Part shown: one piece after another, positions 60,373 through 64,000 of the stretch
Numbering within the stretch: position 1 is the first letter of the stretch
How the letters are laid out: each line of letters starts with the position of its first letter
Assembly: GCA_003971905.1 (NCBI GenBank)
Contig: RSEE01000046.1
Span: 186,001 to 250,000, forward strand
Length of the DNA: 64,000 bases
Direction: 5' to 3'
Origin: Moniliella sp. 'wahieum'
Lineage: Eukaryota
The notes under the pieces: generated by a model
Databases searched by the model: none
Seen by the model: the letters and a program-made list of their open reading frames with translations, nothing else
Told to the model about the DNA's origin: nothing
Made by a program: the position numbers and the translations under genes

Positions 60373-62662
60373 GCGCTATGAAGAGGTCAGTGGTGGTGGA
60401 GGCGTCATTTAGAAGAACAGGACATACACATCAATGTTGGTCATTCCGTTGGACTCAATCTTGAGCGTCGAGGCGGCCGAGGTGGGAGAGATGCTTGCGA
60501 AGCATGTAAAACGTGCGATGTTGCGAACTCATGACCATGAGAATGAGCCCCCAGCTCATAACAGCCAGGTGCAGGGGCAGTTCGATCAGGTTGGAGGGCA
60601 CGCCCCGCCTGGAAACTATGCTGCGCTTGGACATGGTGCCGAGGTGGAGGTCGAGATGGTGAGGCAGCAGGTGGGAAGAGGCCAGCGTCGCAAGCCGATC
60701 GGATCTACCCCATCGCCCATGCGGGGAAACGGGAGGTTTCGTCCCCGCAATGCTGACCTAAGCCAGCGCGCCTCAACTCGGTTTCAAATCGCATTTCAGC
60801 CGGACGACCGGTGATCATCGATTCATCACGGTGAGCTTGAAGCCAGCCGCATCTACGTCACGCGTCACGCGTGAGGTGTATGTGTACGTAACAACAGAAA
60901 TGGTGTTTCATGGCCTTTCGAGGTCATCTTAGGAGAAAAGTGGGGATGGGATTTCTATAGTGCCAGCCCCCCCCTGGCCTTGCGCCCTAGGCCTTACACC
61001 TTAACCTGGACATCACTAAAACGCGTCGCACGCCCCGAGGGACATCGTGACGGCCGTACGTAGTATATGAGCGCCTCTCGCCCTTCAAGTTCATCTTCAG
61101 TGTCGCCCCACACCGCGTGTCGCCAATAGTCTCCATCCGCACTACCAGGCTCTCTTACACAAACTTCCTTTCCTGCATATTCTACCGGCGCTCGCTCGCA
61201 TCTAATATAATCTGTGCACTCGAATTTTTACCCTCACCGCCTCTATCTCGGCGACGTACTTTGTCTACCGATCTTTTCCTCCCCTCCCCTCCCCTCCCCT
61301 CCCCCAGAGCCCACGAAATTATATATTCTCATCGCACAATATGTTCTTCATTATGGCTTTACAATCACAATTCCTCGTTTCTAAGATCATAGTATTCTCC
61401 TCCCGTGGAAAACACAAAACAACTTTTGACTTCAAAAATGCTATGTACCTTGTAGGATCCTAATCGTCCGCGAGTAGCCACTCTTCTGGAGATATACGAG
61501 GGATCTTCGGTCGGAAGAGAACCGCCCCTATACATCTGACACTGATTATAGAGCCAAACAGCGTTTCGTTTTGATCGGATGTCAGGATCAGACCCACCTG
61601 ATCAAAACTGTCGCTAGATTGGCTGGACCCTGATCTGTTCTAGACCCTGTTTCTGCTCCCCTTTTTTCCTTCTCCGTGGGACTCATTCATGTCCTCTTCT
61701 CGTCGGAGGTACATATACCTCGCCTCCTTTCCTCTCGATGAAAAAGACATGTATCCTGATAATTATCTTTTCCATCTGCTTTCATAGCACCTGTGCAGTG
61801 GATACCGGACGAGCATACCAGGGAGCATCTACCGGCATACGCTCTCCAAACCTCTTGTGCCATAGAATTACAACTATATTATATGGTACAAGCTAATGGG
61901 AGATGGAGGAAGAAGAAGAAGAAGAAGAAGAAGAACGCTGGCTGCTATAACTACAGTGCCATTGATGGCCGTGCCGCTAGTGTAAGCCGCAATTCATCCG
62001 TGCAACAACCTCACATGTGTGGGTCTCTTTTTGTGGACACAAGCAGAGATGACCAAACTTGTCCCCAACTGAAAAGCTGGCTATATCCTCCACCGCCACA
62101 TCGCTCTCCGTCCGCATCCACCTTTTGGGACTGCCAACCTTACAACTAACCACCACACTGAACCTGAACGCGGTATTTCCTGATTTTGTAACACGGGCGG
62201 AGATTGGTGCCTCTCCAAAGTCCCCATGTATCTCACTTCGCCATTTTTATACTTCCCTCGCATTTCAACAGGTCTTCTTACAAGTTGCGTCTGTTAGGAG
62301 TGAAAGATGGCCAGAATCTCCAGAAGCTTGGAACTCCTCGCCCAAGATCCTGACCAGCGTTGTTACGGGGCGCTCCGGTTATCGCCGGGCGCTGAGCCCC
62401 GCATGTCGTAGACATCTCAGCCCAACATGCGTCAGTCCGGTTAGACTAGCGAGTGAGAGCCAGTCGACACCTTATCCTTGCTGCGGATATCATCCGCGGC
62501 CCGCCATGGCCGCATGGGCTTATCGGTACGATGCTTTGTGCCTATTGCGTCCAGTCTTGTCAGAACCCTTCCTGCTGCGCCCGACTGCGCAGTGTCAGCG
62601 CCTTGGGAAGCAAGGGCTGTGCATTTACCTTTCTGGGAAGTGCCCCGCATTCTGTCTATACC

Positions 62663-63209
62663 TGTCATGAGGCACTTGAGGCCTAGTTCCTTCTGCTGTA
62701 TATAAGCAGCCATGTCTAAGGCTTGCTAGCTGTGGTCCTGGTCGGCCATCCTGTCTATTACCGTTGGTCTCCCCGACTACCAGTTCCTCTCTCGCCCTTC
62801 CACCTTCTACCATCCTTACGCTTACGAATTTACGACTTACGTCGAGTGCACTGCAAGCCGCGGTTACTCACATCAGTAGCGCTTGCTCTTTAGGACTCTG
62901 TCTGTTCCCGCCAGCTACAGCGTACCAAGTGTGGTAACGCTGCGAGGAACAGAGTAATTCCGGAGCTCCTGGACCCCTTCAGCTGGTCTAACGACCTACG
63001 TACGCGGCTCCTACCTCGGAGGGTCTGGACTGCGGCCTTTGCACGCAGGCAGTCACCCAAACTAGAGGGTCTCTCCCTAGCCTCTACACCCGCTCGGTTC
63101 AACCAGGATCTGGAGCAGGACCTAACGTACGAGCCACCGATTGATCTGTCCAAGGGTTTATACCCCTAAACTACAGGAGGGGTCCCACCTCGGGACCCCC
63201 CCCATGACA
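62663..63209 (+). mobile_element. Candidate solo LTR (~547 bp)
   Basis: 7-bp terminal inverted repeat TGTCATG...CATGACA, GTATATAAGCAG TATA box near the left end, and a GGGGTCCC/GGGACCCC hairpin near the right end. No matching TSD. Confidence 0.4.
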
Positions 63210-64000
63210 AGCGTGGCGGTACGGGGGAAAATGGTTTTGTGCCAGTTGCGTGGCGCGGTCTCTCTTCAGCCCTAGATCCAAAAGGTGAGGGGTGACTCGC
63301 ATGCCACGAGAGCCCTCTAAATCCCTTTCATATCCATACTCTCAAGAATGCGTTCACTCTCGCATCACGCCTTCTCGCTCAGGAAATTAAAAGCATTGAG
63401 TTCGTCCCGCACACTGAGATTCGGTTTGCGCACACAGAAGCCCAGCGACACCAGTAGTAATATTCCCAATGACCAAAGGAGGAACAAGATCAGCACAGCG
63501 AACGATCCCCTCTCGACAAGGCAAGGGAATATGTATATCCTTTGTTAAAGTAAACCCTTTTGCACCCCCGGGATGGAAGCAGTCTCCTTATCATGGGACT
63601 GAGGACGCGCCAGTTGGATGTAATAAGGAGCGCGTGAGAAATCATGAACGAAGGCGAGCCGTCGGCGGGTCCGACAGAGTCCAGGTGCTTCCTCCGTCAT
63701 TGTTCGGGCCCCAACCTAATCTACTTAACAAGACACCCCATCAGGTCTGAACCCAAACGAGCCGACAATAGTTCAGTGCTAAATGCCCTAACCCAATCCC
63801 GTCCGCGAAGATCGTTGGACGATGATGCCATATGCCCGATAGCCGAGACGCGGTGGCCATTCATCCAACCTATTCCTTGTTGTGACAATAATCGCCCTTG
63901 ATGGCCTATGGTTTCCCTTCCCGCTCAGCGTACACTCTGTTTCCATTTGAAAACTGAATGCAAGTCGCTGCTTTGTTTTCCTTCCTCCTGTTGAAAAGAA

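Overview
GC-rich, intron-poor fungal genomic DNA, most likely a basidiomycete (inferred from gene content and the GTRNGT..CTRAC..YAG introns). Single-base indels break nearly every gene, which points to long-read assembly error rather than pseudogenisation. The gene-poor first ~7 kb holds decayed non-LTR retrotransposon fragments. A dense gene block follows: C2H2 factor, CAMKL kinase, AFG1-family ATPase, NUG1/GNL3-type GTPase, RACK1, RRM protein, MIT protein, TRAP-alpha/IRC22, Rtt107/Brc1-like BRCT protein, F-box-like protein, M1 aminopeptidase, TGS1 and an inositol polyphosphate 5-phosphatase. The window ends with hypothetical genes and a possible solo LTR. The standout is inside AFG1 (16848-19656): two near-identical, oppositely oriented copies of a ~1.39-kb non-coding LTR element (240-bp LTRs) flank a 223-bp piece of AFG1 coding sequence that has been flipped, and the two 5-bp target-site duplications (CCAAC, GGTTC) are exchanged between the copies. 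The intact copy has a primer-binding site shaped like the complement of a tRNA-Tyr(GTA) anticodon arm. Intergenic regions also repeatedly carry 7-bp tandem repeats built from a 6-bp palindrome plus one base.
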